NCBI GenBank assembly: GCA_022730015.1 | Contig: DZBU01000003.1 | Location: forward strand, 1 to 62,691 | Direction: 5' to 3' | DNA from: Candidatus Elulimicrobium sp. | GTDB taxonomy: Bacteria; Patescibacteriota; Minisyncoccia; Phycocordibacterales; UBA918 | DNA length: 62,691 nucleotides | The notes under the pieces: model-generated | What the model saw: only the letters and a program-made list of their open reading frames with translations | Databases searched by the model: none | Told to the model about the DNA's origin: nothing | Shown: positions 33,273 through 42,142 of the stretch, in pieces | How the letters are laid out: every line of letters begins with the position of its first letter | How positions within the stretch are numbered: the stretch's first letter is position 1 | Translations under genes and position numbers: made by a program

Positions 33273-33312
33273 ATTTCAAGATTGTTTAAATTTTTATAAC
33301 ACTAATAATAGC

Positions 33313-33342
33313 ACAAAAGAGCCGGGTAAGCGGCTCTTTTGT
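33313..33342 (-). terminator. Intrinsic terminator after groEL
   Basis: caaaagagccg-ggtaag-cggctcttttg. Confidence 0.8.
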
Positions 33343-33361
33343 GGGTTTCCAAAAATTTTAT

Positions 33362-35008
33362 TTAGTACATCCCACCTCCCATACCACCCATATCTGGCAT
33401 AGCTGGTTTTTCTGGCTCTGGAGCATCTGCAATTGCCGCCTCAGAAGTAAGGAGAATAGCCGCTGCTGATACTGCGTGCTGCACTCCAGCGCGAGCTACT
33501 TTTACTGGATCGATGATACCAACCTTGATCATATCATCCACCATTTCGGCCTTAGCAGCATCATAGCCAGCATTACCGCCAGCACCTTTCACCTTCTCAA
33601 CGATTACCGCACCATCATGCTTGCCGGTATTGTCGGCAATTTGCTTCAGTGGTACCTCAAGTGCCTTGAGTACAATGTTGTAGCCGATCAGTTCTTCTCG
33701 AGACAAGTCCTTCTTATCAAGGATCTCCTTTTCGACAATACCTGCTGCTCGAGCGAGCGCGGTACCGCCGCCGGGCACGATCCCTTCTTCGATAGCTGCC
33801 TTGGTTGCATTGACTGCGTCTTCGATCTTGAGCTTGAGATACTTCATCTCAGTCTCGGTTGCTGCACCCACACGAATTACCGCCACACCGCCAGAAAGCT
33901 TTGCGATACGTTCTTCAAGCTTTTCTTTATCAAACTTAGAAGAGGATTGCTCAAGTTGAGCCTTCAAAGCATTTACCCGATCAGTAATTGCAGTCTTTTC
34001 TCCAGCACCACCAACAATAGTAGTGCTGTCCTTAGTGGCGATCACCCGATCAGCCTTACCAAGCTGTGCGAGCTCTGCATTTTCGAGCTTCAGGCCGAAG
34101 TCTTCAGAAATGACCTGTCCACCAGTGGTGATTGCGATATCAGCGAGGATCTCCTTCTTTCGATCACCGTAGCCAGGGGCTTTTACTGCCAAAACTGAAA
34201 ATCCACCCTTAAGCTTGTTAACCACGAGAGTCGCCAGTGCCTCACCGTCCACATCATCAGCGATAATAATGAGTTCTTTTTTGCCAGTCTGGGCTATCTT
34301 TTCGAGCAATGGAAGAATTTCTTGGATGCCTGAGATCTTTTTGTCAGTAATGAGGATCTGAGCATTTTTGTACTCAGCTTCCATGCGTTCAGCATTGGTC
34401 ACCATGTACGGGGACACGTAGCCTTTATCAAACTGCATTCCTTCAGTGAATTCAGTCTCAATACCAAATGATTGAGACTCTTCAACTGTCACTACTCCAT
34501 CCTTGCCAACCTTGTCAATCGTCTCAGCGATCTTTTCACCAAGCTCAGCACTTTCAGCTGAGATAGTAGCGACTTGCTTGATCTCCTCAATCGAAGATAT
34601 CTTGGTCGCCATTTTTTTAAGAGTTTCAACCACGTCTTGAGCGGCGTGTTCCATGCCAATTCTCACAGCCATGGCATTAATACCCATTGTAGTCTGCTTC
34701 AGCCCCTCATTTACCAGCGCTTGTGTAAGTACCGTAGCGGTTGTGGTGCCGTCACCAGCCAATTCATTGGTCTTCGTCGCTACTTCCTTGATGATCTCAG
34801 CGCCCATGTTCTCGAATTTATCTTTGAGCGTGATCTCTTTAGCGATTGAAACACCATCATTGGTGATAGTTGGACCACCAAAACCCTTGTCGAGTACTAC
34901 ATTACGTCCACGTGGACCAAGAGTGATCTTGACTGCGTTCGCGACCGTGTCGACTCCTTTCTGCAGTTTCTTCTTTACTTCTTCGCCGAAAATTACTTCT
35001 TTTGCCAT
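33362..35008 (-). CDS. groL: Chaperonin GroEL (Cpn60)
   Basis: 548 aa. Motifs: [49 protein letters not shown] and the C-terminal GGMGGGMY. Confidence 0.97.
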   Translation of the reverse strand: MAKEVIFGEEVKKKLQKGVDTVANAVKITLGPRGRNVVLDKGFGGPTITNDGVSIAKEITLKDKFENMGAEIIKEVATKTNELAGDGTTTATVLTQALVNEGLKQTTMGINAMAVRIGMEHAAQDVVETLKKMATKISSIEEIKQVATISAESAELGEKIAETIDKVGKDGVVTVEESQSFGIETEFTEGMQFDKGYVSPYMVTNAERMEAEYKNAQILITDKKISGIQEILPLLEKIAQTGKKELIIIADDVDGEALATLVVNKLKGGFSVLAVKAPGYGDRKKEILADIAITTGGQVISEDFGLKLENAELAQLGKADRVIATKDSTTIVGGAGEKTAITDRVNALKAQLEQSSSKFDKEKLEERIAKLSGGVAVIRVGAATETEMKYLKLKIEDAVNATKAAIEEGIVPGGGTALARAAGIVEKEILDKKDLSREELIGYNIVLKALEVPLKQIADNTGKHDGAVIVEKVKGAGGNAGYDAAKAEMVDDMIKVGIIDPVKVARAGVQHAVSAAAILLTSEAAIADAPEPEKPAMPDMGGMGGGMY

Positions 35009-35026
35009 ATCGATTCAAAGTTCAGA

Positions 35027-35359
35027 TTATTTAGTAATGATTCCTAGAATGCTCGATTCAGAAACAATGAAGTATTCCTTATTCTCAAACTTCAGTTCAT
35101 CATATCCGTACTTTGAGAAAACCACTCGATCTCCCACCTTCACCTCAGGCGGAATCCGCTTCTCACCGTCTTCGTCCCATTTTCCTGGGCCAGCAGCAAT
35201 AACAATGCCTTGTTCTGGCTTTTCTTTCTTAGCAGTATCAGGAATGATGATCCCTGACGCTGACACGGTTCCTAATTCCTCATCGGTAAGTGGCCGAACG
35301 ATGACCCGATCACCGAGCGGGCGAAGCGGACTTTCGTTGTTCTTTGCAACATCTGACAT
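35027..35359 (-). CDS. groS: Co-chaperonin GroES (Cpn10) with a short N-terminal extension
   Basis: 110 aa. Motifs: [13 protein letters not shown]...[23 protein letters not shown]...[13 protein letters not shown]. Confidence 0.93.
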   Translation of the reverse strand: MSDVAKNNESPLRPLGDRVIVRPLTDEELGTVSASGIIIPDTAKKEKPEQGIVIAAGPGKWDEDGEKRIPPEVKVGDRVVFSKYGYDELKFENKEYFIVSESSILGIITK

Positions 35360-35587
35360 ACAAATTTATTAAGAACTAAAACTAAATGTTAATATTCCCT
35401 GAAAATTACAGTTGCGACACTTAAAACAGCCTTTCGCAGCTCTCCGCCAGCATATTCTCCCTAGACAGGTCGAATCTGCTGAGGAGCCTGCGTAAATTCA
35501 GCACAGTCGCAGCTTTGCTGCTCGTTGCTTCATTTAATCCTGGTCGCGTGCGTATTATACTGAGGGGAGATGAAGTTTGCAAAATCT

Positions 35588-35624
35588 GTAGGGGCGGGGT
35601 GGCCTTCGGCCACCCCGCCCCTAC
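35588..35624. other. Perfect 16-bp GC-rich hairpin with a CUUCG loop in the groES/secG divergent intergenic region
   Basis: gtaggggcggggtggc-cttcg-gccaccccgcccctac, 47 nt upstream of the secG ATG. There is a weak T-run only on the minus strand (agattttgc). Confidence 0.6.
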
Positions 35625-35670
35625 TCTCACCGCTTGCCTACAACCATACTTTCTGCTACTATCACTCGGC

Positions 35671-35910
35671 ATGAATATTATCGATTCGGTGCTTCCTGCA
35701 CTACCGTATATCCAGATAATCCTCTCCGTCCTCCTTGTTGCAGCAATTCTTTTGCAGCAACGTGGTTCAAGTTTGGGAGGTGCATTTGGAGGAGACAATT
35801 TTAGCTCTGCATTCCACAAGCGTCGTGGCGCTGAACTTTTTCTGTTTAAGTTCTCGATCGGAATCTCTATTCTCTTTGTCCTCTCGGCATTTCTCAACAT
35901 CCTCGCCTAA
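35671..35910 (+). CDS. secG: Preprotein translocase subunit SecG
   Basis: Internal ATG of the track ORF. 79 aa: MNIIDSVLPALPYIQIILSVLLVAAILLQQRGSSLGGAFGG...FLFKFSIGISILFVLSAFL (two TM segments plus the LLQ-x-G-x-G-G-x-FGG motif). Confidence 0.8.
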   Translation: MNIIDSVLPALPYIQIILSVLLVAAILLQQRGSSLGGAFGGDNFSSAFHKRRGAELFLFKFSIGISILFVLSAFLNILA

Positions 35911-36008
35911 ACGATAGTTGTGTCGGTTTACTGATCTATATAAATCCAAATGACACAGCGTCTTTGGCTTTGTTTGTAATCAAACACTTGTAAATCATTC
36001 ATTACAGT

Positions 36009-37763
36009 ATGAACATTAATCTCCAACCCGGATCCTCCTCACGTTTCATAGACAGGCTTTTTAACCTCATTGAAAACATTCCTCACAGCGATCGCTTTCT
36101 GGTTAAAATTGCTCTTTTTCTATTCATCGGAACAGCTGTCTGGCTCATTCTCTCGATCAATCAGGATCATTCTGAAATAACCCCCACTACCGGTGGCTCG
36201 TTTACTGAGGGAATTATCGGCACCCCACGCTTCATCAACCCAGCACTCGCACTCACCCGCGCAGACCAAGATGTAACCGCACTTATTTACAGCGGCCTCC
36301 TAAAGATTGGTGAAAACGGTACTCTTCAGAATGATCTCGCTGAAAATATTTCTCTTTCTGAGGACAGGCTGACCTATACAGTAACCATTCGAAAAGACGT
36401 TACCTTTCATGACGGCACTCCGCTTACTGCCCGTGATGTTGCCTATACTATCCTTCTCGTGCAGGACCCTGACCTTAAGAGCCCCCTTCGTGGAAACTGG
36501 AGCAATGTAACAGTAGAGGAGGTCAATGAATACGAATTAAATATCCTTCTTGAGGAAGCATACACACCTTTCATTGAAAACTTCACGCTCGGTATCATGC
36601 CCGCCCATGCTTGGAGTAAACTTCCAATCGAACAACTACCCTTCAGCCAACTCAACACTGAGCCGATCGGTTCTGGCCCATTTGCCATCACCGCTGCTAA
36701 ACGAAGCACTTCAGGTGTTATCGAACACTACACTCTTGCAGCATATCGAAAAAACGAACCAAGCCCCAAGATCGATACGCTCGGTTTAGCCTTTTATCAA
36801 AATGAGGAACAACTTTTAACAGCACTTTCAGATCAAGAAATAGATGCTACAGCGTATCTTTCACCTGAACGTATTGGTACCGTTCTTAATCTTGGGTATC
36901 AAATAATTGAACAGCCCCTACCCCGTGTCTTTGGTGTTTTCTTCAATCAAAATCGATCAGCCGCCCTTCGAGATGCTGCAGCTCGAAGCGCATTGACAGC
37001 AGCGCTCGATCGAGATGTACTCATTGAGAATGCACTACAAGGTCGCGGTGTCCCCATTACTACGCCTACCATCCTCGACTCACTTACGTTAGAATCAGAG
37101 GACAGCATCGTGAGCCAAGCGACATCGTCTGCAGCTGAGCAAGCGATCGCTATACTAGAAAACGGAGACTGGACCAAAAATAACTTAGGTCTTTGGGAAA
37201 AGCAGATCGACAAAGAACTGACTACACTTGGCGTCACACTAAAGACCAGTAACAGCCCTCTCTTTGCAGCATTAGCCGATTCAATTACAAAGCAATGGGG
37301 AGCGATCGGCGTGCAGGTGACCATCGAACAATTTGAGCAAACAGGTCTCGTACAATCAGTGATCAGGCCTCGTGATTTTGAGGCACTACTTTTTGGTCTT
37401 GATATGAGTCGTTCTCATGATCTGTATCCTTTTTGGCATTCTTCACAGCAAGACGACCCCGGGTTAAACGTTGCTCAGTATGCGAATGTCGAAGTTGATA
37501 AACTATTAGAAAAAGCTCGTACCGAACCGTATGGGGCCAGCAGGATCGAACTCTTACAGTCAGTGAGTCACATCATCACTGAAGAGCGACCAGCTATCTT
37601 TCTATTCCAACCAACGTTTACTTATGTAGTCGATAAGAACATGTTTGTATCAGAGATGAACGAACTTGGTCGCCCAACTGACCGTTTCAGTAACATTACG
37701 CAATGGTATACCGAAAGTGATTCACTTTGGCCAATATTTAGAAATGAAAGTATGAATGAATAA
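36009..37763 (+). CDS. Membrane-anchored ABC-transporter substrate-binding protein, family 5 (peptide/nickel type); orphan, with no permease or ATPase nearby
   Basis: 584 aa with an N-terminal TM. Motifs: LTYTVTIRKDVTFHDGTPLTARDVAYT and GSGPFAI. Confidence 0.8.
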   Translation: MNINLQPGSSSRFIDRLFNLIENIPHSDRFLVKIALFLFIGTAVWLILSINQDHSEITPTTGGSFTEGIIGTPRFINPALALTRADQDVTALIYSGLLKIGENGTLQNDLAENISLSEDRLTYTVTIRKDVTFHDGTPLTARDVAYTILLVQDPDLKSPLRGNWSNVTVEEVNEYELNILLEEAYTPFIENFTLGIMPAHAWSKLPIEQLPFSQLNTEPIGSGPFAITAAKRSTSGVIEHYTLAAYRKNEPSPKIDTLGLAFYQNEEQLLTALSDQEIDATAYLSPERIGTVLNLGYQIIEQPLPRVFGVFFNQNRSAALRDAAARSALTAALDRDVLIENALQGRGVPITTPTILDSLTLESEDSIVSQATSSAAEQAIAILENGDWTKNNLGLWEKQIDKELTTLGVTLKTSNSPLFAALADSITKQWGAIGVQVTIEQFEQTGLVQSVIRPRDFEALLFGLDMSRSHDLYPFWHSSQQDDPGLNVAQYANVEVDKLLEKARTEPYGASRIELLQSVSHIITEERPAIFLFQPTFTYVVDKNMFVSEMNELGRPTDRFSNITQWYTESDSLWPIFRNESMNE

Positions 37764-37790
37764 AATTTACAGAGATCAATTGAAATAATT

Positions 37791-39797
37791 ATGGAAAATA
37801 CAAACAATACAAATTCGCAGTCAGGAACAAATAATCGTAACCGTAGACCTTTTCGTAGTCGTCGGTCTCCAGCACATGCTGCAACTGGTCAGGTACGGAC
37901 TGCAACTAGTCCTCGCCACCCAGCACATCGACAGCCTGGAAGCCGCGTAGCAACTGGTGGACATCCCGATAGTGGAAATCGACCTGGACGCCGTAACAAC
38001 AATAATCGAAACCGTCGTAACAATGGTGGTGGTAATCGTCGTCGTTCCGACAAAGCACCAGCTCTCACTCATCGTCTTGACGTTACCGATCAAAAATCAC
38101 CTTTCATACCAGAAATAACTGATGAGGATACTGTCCGCATTATTCCAGTCTCGGGTGTTGAAGAGATCGGTCGCAACATGAACATCGTCGAAACCAAGGA
38201 TGACATCATCATTATCGATGCCGGTTTCCAGTTCGTATCAGAAGAAAGTAACGCGCCTGGCATCGACTACATTCTACCGAACACGCAGTACCTCGAGGAG
38301 CGTAAGCACAAGATCCGAGCGTTGATCGTTACTCACGGTCATCTCGACCACATTGGCGGTATTCCATTCATCATGGAACGTATCGGTAATCCACCGATCT
38401 ATACGCAATACCTCACCTCACTCATGATTCTCAAACGACAAGAGGAGTTTCCACACATGGAGCCAGTCAATATGAACGTTGTGCAGGAAGGAGAATCCTT
38501 TACCATCGGCAAGACCAAGATCAAAACCTTCCCGGTTACCCACTCAATTCCAGACGCGATGGGAGTCTGTGTCGAAACAAAGCACGGTGATGTTGTGATC
38601 ACCGGTGACATCAAGCTAGTACACGAGGAGGGCAAAGTAGTGGTTGAAGAGCGAGCATCCTGGGAAAAGGTCGGCCTCAATAAAAACATCGCCCTACTCT
38701 GTGACTCAACCAACGCTGACCGTCAGGGCTTCTCTGCCACTGAAGCGAGAGTGTTTTTGACCCTAGAAGAGATCATTCGTAACGCGCAAGGCCGCCTTAT
38801 CATCGGCACCTTTGCATCGCAATTCGACCGTCTCATCAGCGTGATAAAAGTCTGTGAAGAGATGGGCAAGAAAGTAGTTATGGAAGGTCGTAGTATCAAG
38901 ACCAACATCGACATCGCAATTCAAGCTAAGTTACTCGAAGTTGACCAGCGTACCTTTATTAATGCTGGCGATATGAGTGATTACCCAGCTGACCGGATCG
39001 TTATTCTTTCAACCGGAGCACAGGGTGAACAATTTGCTGCTTTGATGCGCATGGCTACCGACAAGCACAAATTCATCACCCTCACAGAGCGTGACACGAT
39101 CGTTCTCTCTTCTTCAGTCATTCCTGGAAACGAAATCGCTGTACAAAAACTCAAAGACAACATTTACCGCAAAAATGTGAAAGTCATCAATTACCAAGGT
39201 TCACACGTACACTCCTCTGGTCACGGTAACGCCGGCGAGCTCGTGTGGGTACACCAAGCAGTGAAGCCGACATTCCTCGTGCCGGTTCACGGACACCACT
39301 ATCACCTCAAGAGCCACATGTATGCTGCGGTAGAAAATGGCTTCCCTCGCGACCATATTGCTGTTCCAGATAACGGCACGATTATAGAGATTAAAAACGG
39401 ATTGGAAATGACCATTCTTCCAATGAAAATACCGACTGAACTCATGATGGTAGATGGTTTTACCGTTGGTACCAGACAAGAAGTGGTTCTTCGCGATCGT
39501 CAGACCTTGGCGGAAGATGGTATGTTTGTCATCATTGCGACCGTTAATACCAAGAACGGTAAGCTTCGTAAGTCACCTGACATCATCTCTCGTGGTTTTG
39601 TTTATCTTCGAGAAAATCAACAGCTACTTTCTGAGGCTCGTGTCCTTATCAAAAAGACTGTCGAGAAACAAACAGAGCACATGAATCCTGTCGATCTTGA
39701 ACTCGTGAAAGATGATCTTACCAATATCGTAAGCGGATTCTTGATGCAGAAAACGCAAAAGACTCCGATGGTGATTCCGGTGCTCATTGGGATTTAA
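37791..39797 (+). CDS. rnj: Ribonuclease J (metallo-beta-lactamase/beta-CASP) with an Arg/Asn-rich N-terminal extension of about 100 aa
   Basis: 668 aa. Motifs: LIVTHGHLDHIGGIP (HxHxDH), beta-CASP motifs and SGHGNAGEL. The N-terminus is NNRNRRPFRSRRS...RRNNNNRNRRNNGGGNRRRSDK. Confidence 0.9.
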   Translation: MENTNNTNSQSGTNNRNRRPFRSRRSPAHAATGQVRTATSPRHPAHRQPGSRVATGGHPDSGNRPGRRNNNNRNRRNNGGGNRRRSDKAPALTHRLDVTDQKSPFIPEITDEDTVRIIPVSGVEEIGRNMNIVETKDDIIIIDAGFQFVSEESNAPGIDYILPNTQYLEERKHKIRALIVTHGHLDHIGGIPFIMERIGNPPIYTQYLTSLMILKRQEEFPHMEPVNMNVVQEGESFTIGKTKIKTFPVTHSIPDAMGVCVETKHGDVVITGDIKLVHEEGKVVVEERASWEKVGLNKNIALLCDSTNADRQGFSATEARVFLTLEEIIRNAQGRLIIGTFASQFDRLISVIKVCEEMGKKVVMEGRSIKTNIDIAIQAKLLEVDQRTFINAGDMSDYPADRIVILSTGAQGEQFAALMRMATDKHKFITLTERDTIVLSSSVIPGNEIAVQKLKDNIYRKNVKVINYQGSHVHSSGHGNAGELVWVHQAVKPTFLVPVHGHHYHLKSHMYAAVENGFPRDHIAVPDNGTIIEIKNGLEMTILPMKIPTELMMVDGFTVGTRQEVVLRDRQTLAEDGMFVIIATVNTKNGKLRKSPDIISRGFVYLRENQQLLSEARVLIKKTVEKQTEHMNPVDLELVKDDLTNIVSGFLMQKTQKTPMVIPVLIGI

Positions 39798-39829
39798 AAA
39801 TAATGAGCATAGCGACTATATTTTAAATC

Positions 39830-39953
39830 GTTCGTAATTTACGCCTTTCATAGCGTAAATTATCGAACACGGACACGCAAAGCTGTAAATTAAACTTTTT
39901 TACAGCCCGCTACAGCCATGATTTGGGACTGGAACAGGTCCCAAATCATGGCT
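39830..39953. repeat. Three consecutive strong hairpins / inverted repeats downstream of rnj (coordinates +/-2 nt)
   Basis: (1) gttcgtaatttacgc...gcgtaaattatcgaac, 15 bp with one bulge. (2) gctgtaaa...tttacagc. (3) agccatgatttgggac-tggaacag-gtcccaaatcatggct, 16 bp perfect with no T-run after it. Confidence 0.6.
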
Positions 39954-40099
39954 AAGCGTCTGTATAAGCACAGCCCTGGTCGAAGCTTAGCTTCTCCTTG
40001 TTTTGTTTCTGTTAATAGCCAACAAAAGCACCACAAGGGTACTTCCGAATGTATAGTCGTTATACACTCCTTACTTTCTAGGTCGCCACTTTCGCCGGC

Positions 40100-40105
40100 T
40101 ATAAT
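40100..40105 (+). promoter_or_regulatory. Consensus TATAAT -10 box 9 nt upstream of the MFS gene ATG, implying a near-leaderless mRNA
   Basis: ggcTATAATgtaaccactATG, with no SD sequence possible. Coordinates +/-1 nt. Confidence 0.4.
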
Positions 40106-40114
40106 GTAACCACT

Positions 40115-41296
40115 ATGCCATCAACCACCCATCATCCCAAGCGCCACCTCATTCCGATTTACGCTGCCTCCCTACTCCTCGTATTACACAGTTTCCTGGT
40201 AGCCTACATCAACTCTTCCTACCTTGAGCAATTCATCTCGACGGCTGCGGTCGGTACTATCTACACCCTTGGTTCCGCACTCAGCGTACTTATCTTCCTC
40301 TTCGTTTCCCGAGTGTTGCGCCAGGTGGGAAATTTCAAGCTGACGCTGGGATTACTCCTCCTTGATATGATTGCCGTGCTGGGTATGGCGTATGCCAACG
40401 AATTGCAAGTGGCGGTTCCCCTCTTTCTCGTACACATCATTACCGTGCCACTGATCATTTTCAATCTCGATGTGTTCATGGAGGAATTAATCGGGAATGA
40501 CGAATCTGCAACTGGCCGTCATCGCGGCTTACAACTTACCCTCATCAGCATCATCAGCGCGCTTTCTCCTTTCATCAGCAGCTTGCTTATCAATGGAAAT
40601 GATCAAACCTTTACCTATCCGTACCTCCTCAGTGCTATCGTCCTTCTCCCGATCATGGCGATCATGATGTTTTATTTCCGTGATTTCAGTGACCCGGAGT
40701 ACAAGGAAATCGACGTCTTCTCTGCCATTCGTACCTTCTGGAGGAATATCAGCCTACGTAGTGTACTGTCCGCTCACTTTGCCCTGCAAATGTACTTCAT
40801 GTTGATGGTCATCTACACACCGATCTACCTCACTCAACACATTGGCTTCTCTTGGACAGAATTCGGTATCATCATGCTGATCGCGCAGTTGGCTTACGTC
40901 CTCTTCGAATATCCGACTGGCTACATTGCCGACCACTACATCGGCGAAAAAGAGATGATGGGGTTTGGTTTCTTGATTATGATCATCGCTACCTCCTGGA
41001 TGGCGTTCGTCGCTGTACCAAGTATGCTGGCATGGTCGATCATTATGTTCATTGTGCGTATCGGCGCAAGTTTGGTTGAGGCGACCACTGAGAGTTATTT
41101 CTTCAAACAAACAAAAAGCAGTGACGCGCAGATCATCAGTTTCTTCCGTATTACTCGACCACTGGCGTATGTGGTTGGCGCACTGATCGCTTCACTCTCG
41201 CTCCTCTACGCTCCACTCAACCTTCTCTTCATTGTCTTTGCGGCACTCATGATACCAGCGATGTTTCTCACTCTCAATATCAAAGATACACGGTAA
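40115..41296 (+). CDS. Major facilitator superfamily (MFS)-type transporter
   Basis: 393 aa with about 12 predicted TM segments in a 6+6 layout and a central loop (RDFSDPEYKEIDV). Confidence 0.7.
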   Translation: MPSTTHHPKRHLIPIYAASLLLVLHSFLVAYINSSYLEQFISTAAVGTIYTLGSALSVLIFLFVSRVLRQVGNFKLTLGLLLLDMIAVLGMAYANELQVAVPLFLVHIITVPLIIFNLDVFMEELIGNDESATGRHRGLQLTLISIISALSPFISSLLINGNDQTFTYPYLLSAIVLLPIMAIMMFYFRDFSDPEYKEIDVFSAIRTFWRNISLRSVLSAHFALQMYFMLMVIYTPIYLTQHIGFSWTEFGIIMLIAQLAYVLFEYPTGYIADHYIGEKEMMGFGFLIMIIATSWMAFVAVPSMLAWSIIMFIVRIGASLVEATTESYFFKQTKSSDAQIISFFRITRPLAYVVGALIASLSLLYAPLNLLFIVFAALMIPAMFLTLNIKDTR

Positions 41297-41299
41297 GTT

Positions 41300-42142
41300 T
41301 TATGCGAGTCTGTAGTTGCAACGATGTTTTATGAGAAAACCTTCTTCGGTTAGGCGGGCGAGTTGCGTAGCAACTCGCCCGCTTTCATTTTCTCCTCCGA
41401 GTTGAGGATCAGTCTCGGCCAGCTTGGCTCGCAGCTGCTGCGGAGTCAATGGATTTTCTGTCTTAGTGAATACTTTAAGAATTGCCCCGCGGATCTGTCG
41501 GTCACTACCGTGAAATTTTGATTGCTTGGTGTAGTGTTTGCTTTTGTGGGTGATATTGCCGTGCTGCTCTTTAAGGTACGAACCATAGTCCATCAGCGCG
41601 TAGTACCATTCGCGTGCACTTTCTCTCGGCAGTGTACGCTCGACGAGTTTTAAAATATCAACATCATGAACCTTTGTTGCCCTCTTAAAAAAGTGGTGTA
41701 TGAACACCTGTCGGACATTGGTCTCAATGAGCACTGTGGGCACATTATAAGCAAAGGCCATGATAGCTCCAGCAGTGTATGACCCGACGCCCGGCAAGCT
41801 CCGCAAGCCGGGCTCATCCTGTGGCCACTTTCCTTTTTGATTCTCAACCACTTCCCGCGCTGCAAGCTGCAAGTATTTTGCGCGACGGTTGTACCCAAGC
41901 CCCTGCCAGGCGCGAATGACGTCTCCAAGCGGCGCGGTGGTAAGCCGCCGCGCCGTCGGAAATAACTGTAAGAATTCCAAATATTTAGGCACAACCCGTT
42001 CTACTTGCGTCTGCTGCAACATCATCTCGGATACCAGAATTCGATACGGATCGTGGGTCTTACGCCACGGCAGCTCTTGCCGCCCCTCTGCGCAGTAATA
42101 TTGCCAGACCATCTCCACAAATTGTCGTTCTTTTTTATTCAT
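41300..42142 (-). CDS. HhH-GPD base-excision DNA glycosylase (MutY/Nth-like) without a recognisable 4Fe-4S Cys cluster and with a C-terminal extension
   Basis: I chose the start at the internal Met (MNKKERQFVEMVW...). Motifs: LPWRKTHDPYRILVSEMMLQQTQVERV and LRSLPGVGSYTAGAIMAFAYN (HhH-GPD). No C-x6-C-x2-C-x5-C motif. The track ORF extends to 42193. Confidence 0.75.
   Translation of the reverse strand: MNKKERQFVEMVWQYYCAEGRQELPWRKTHDPYRILVSEMMLQQTQVERVVPKYLEFLQLFPTARRLTTAPLGDVIRAWQGLGYNRRAKYLQLAAREVVENQKGKWPQDEPGLRSLPGVGSYTAGAIMAFAYNVPTVLIETNVRQVFIHHFFKRATKVHDVDILKLVERTLPRESAREWYYALMDYGSYLKEQHGNITHKSKHYTKQSKFHGSDRQIRGAILKVFTKTENPLTPQQLRAKLAETDPQLGGENESGRVATQLARLTEEGFLIKHRCNYRLA

Noticed and set aside
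33476-35372. Long plus-strand ORFs (240 aa at 33476-34198, 91 aa at 34574-34849, 239 aa at 34653-35372) antisense to groEL/groES.
   Set aside because: They lie entirely within the unmistakable groEL/groES reading frames and have low-complexity Ser/Leu/Pro-rich translations. These are typical shadow ORFs of a highly biased gene.
35360-35520. Search for a CIRCE (HrcA) operator upstream of groES.
   Set aside because: I could find no TTAGCACTC-N9-GAGTGCTAA-like inverted repeat on either strand. Only weak AT-rich partial palindromes are present.
35421-35949. Minus-strand ORFs (159 aa at 35421-35900 and 60 aa at 35767-35949), and the N-terminal 52 codons of the plus-strand ORF 35515-35910.
   Set aside because: They overlap secG or the GC hairpin and have Arg/Pro/Ser-rich nonsense-like composition. 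secG with its internal ATG (35671) explains the coding signal.
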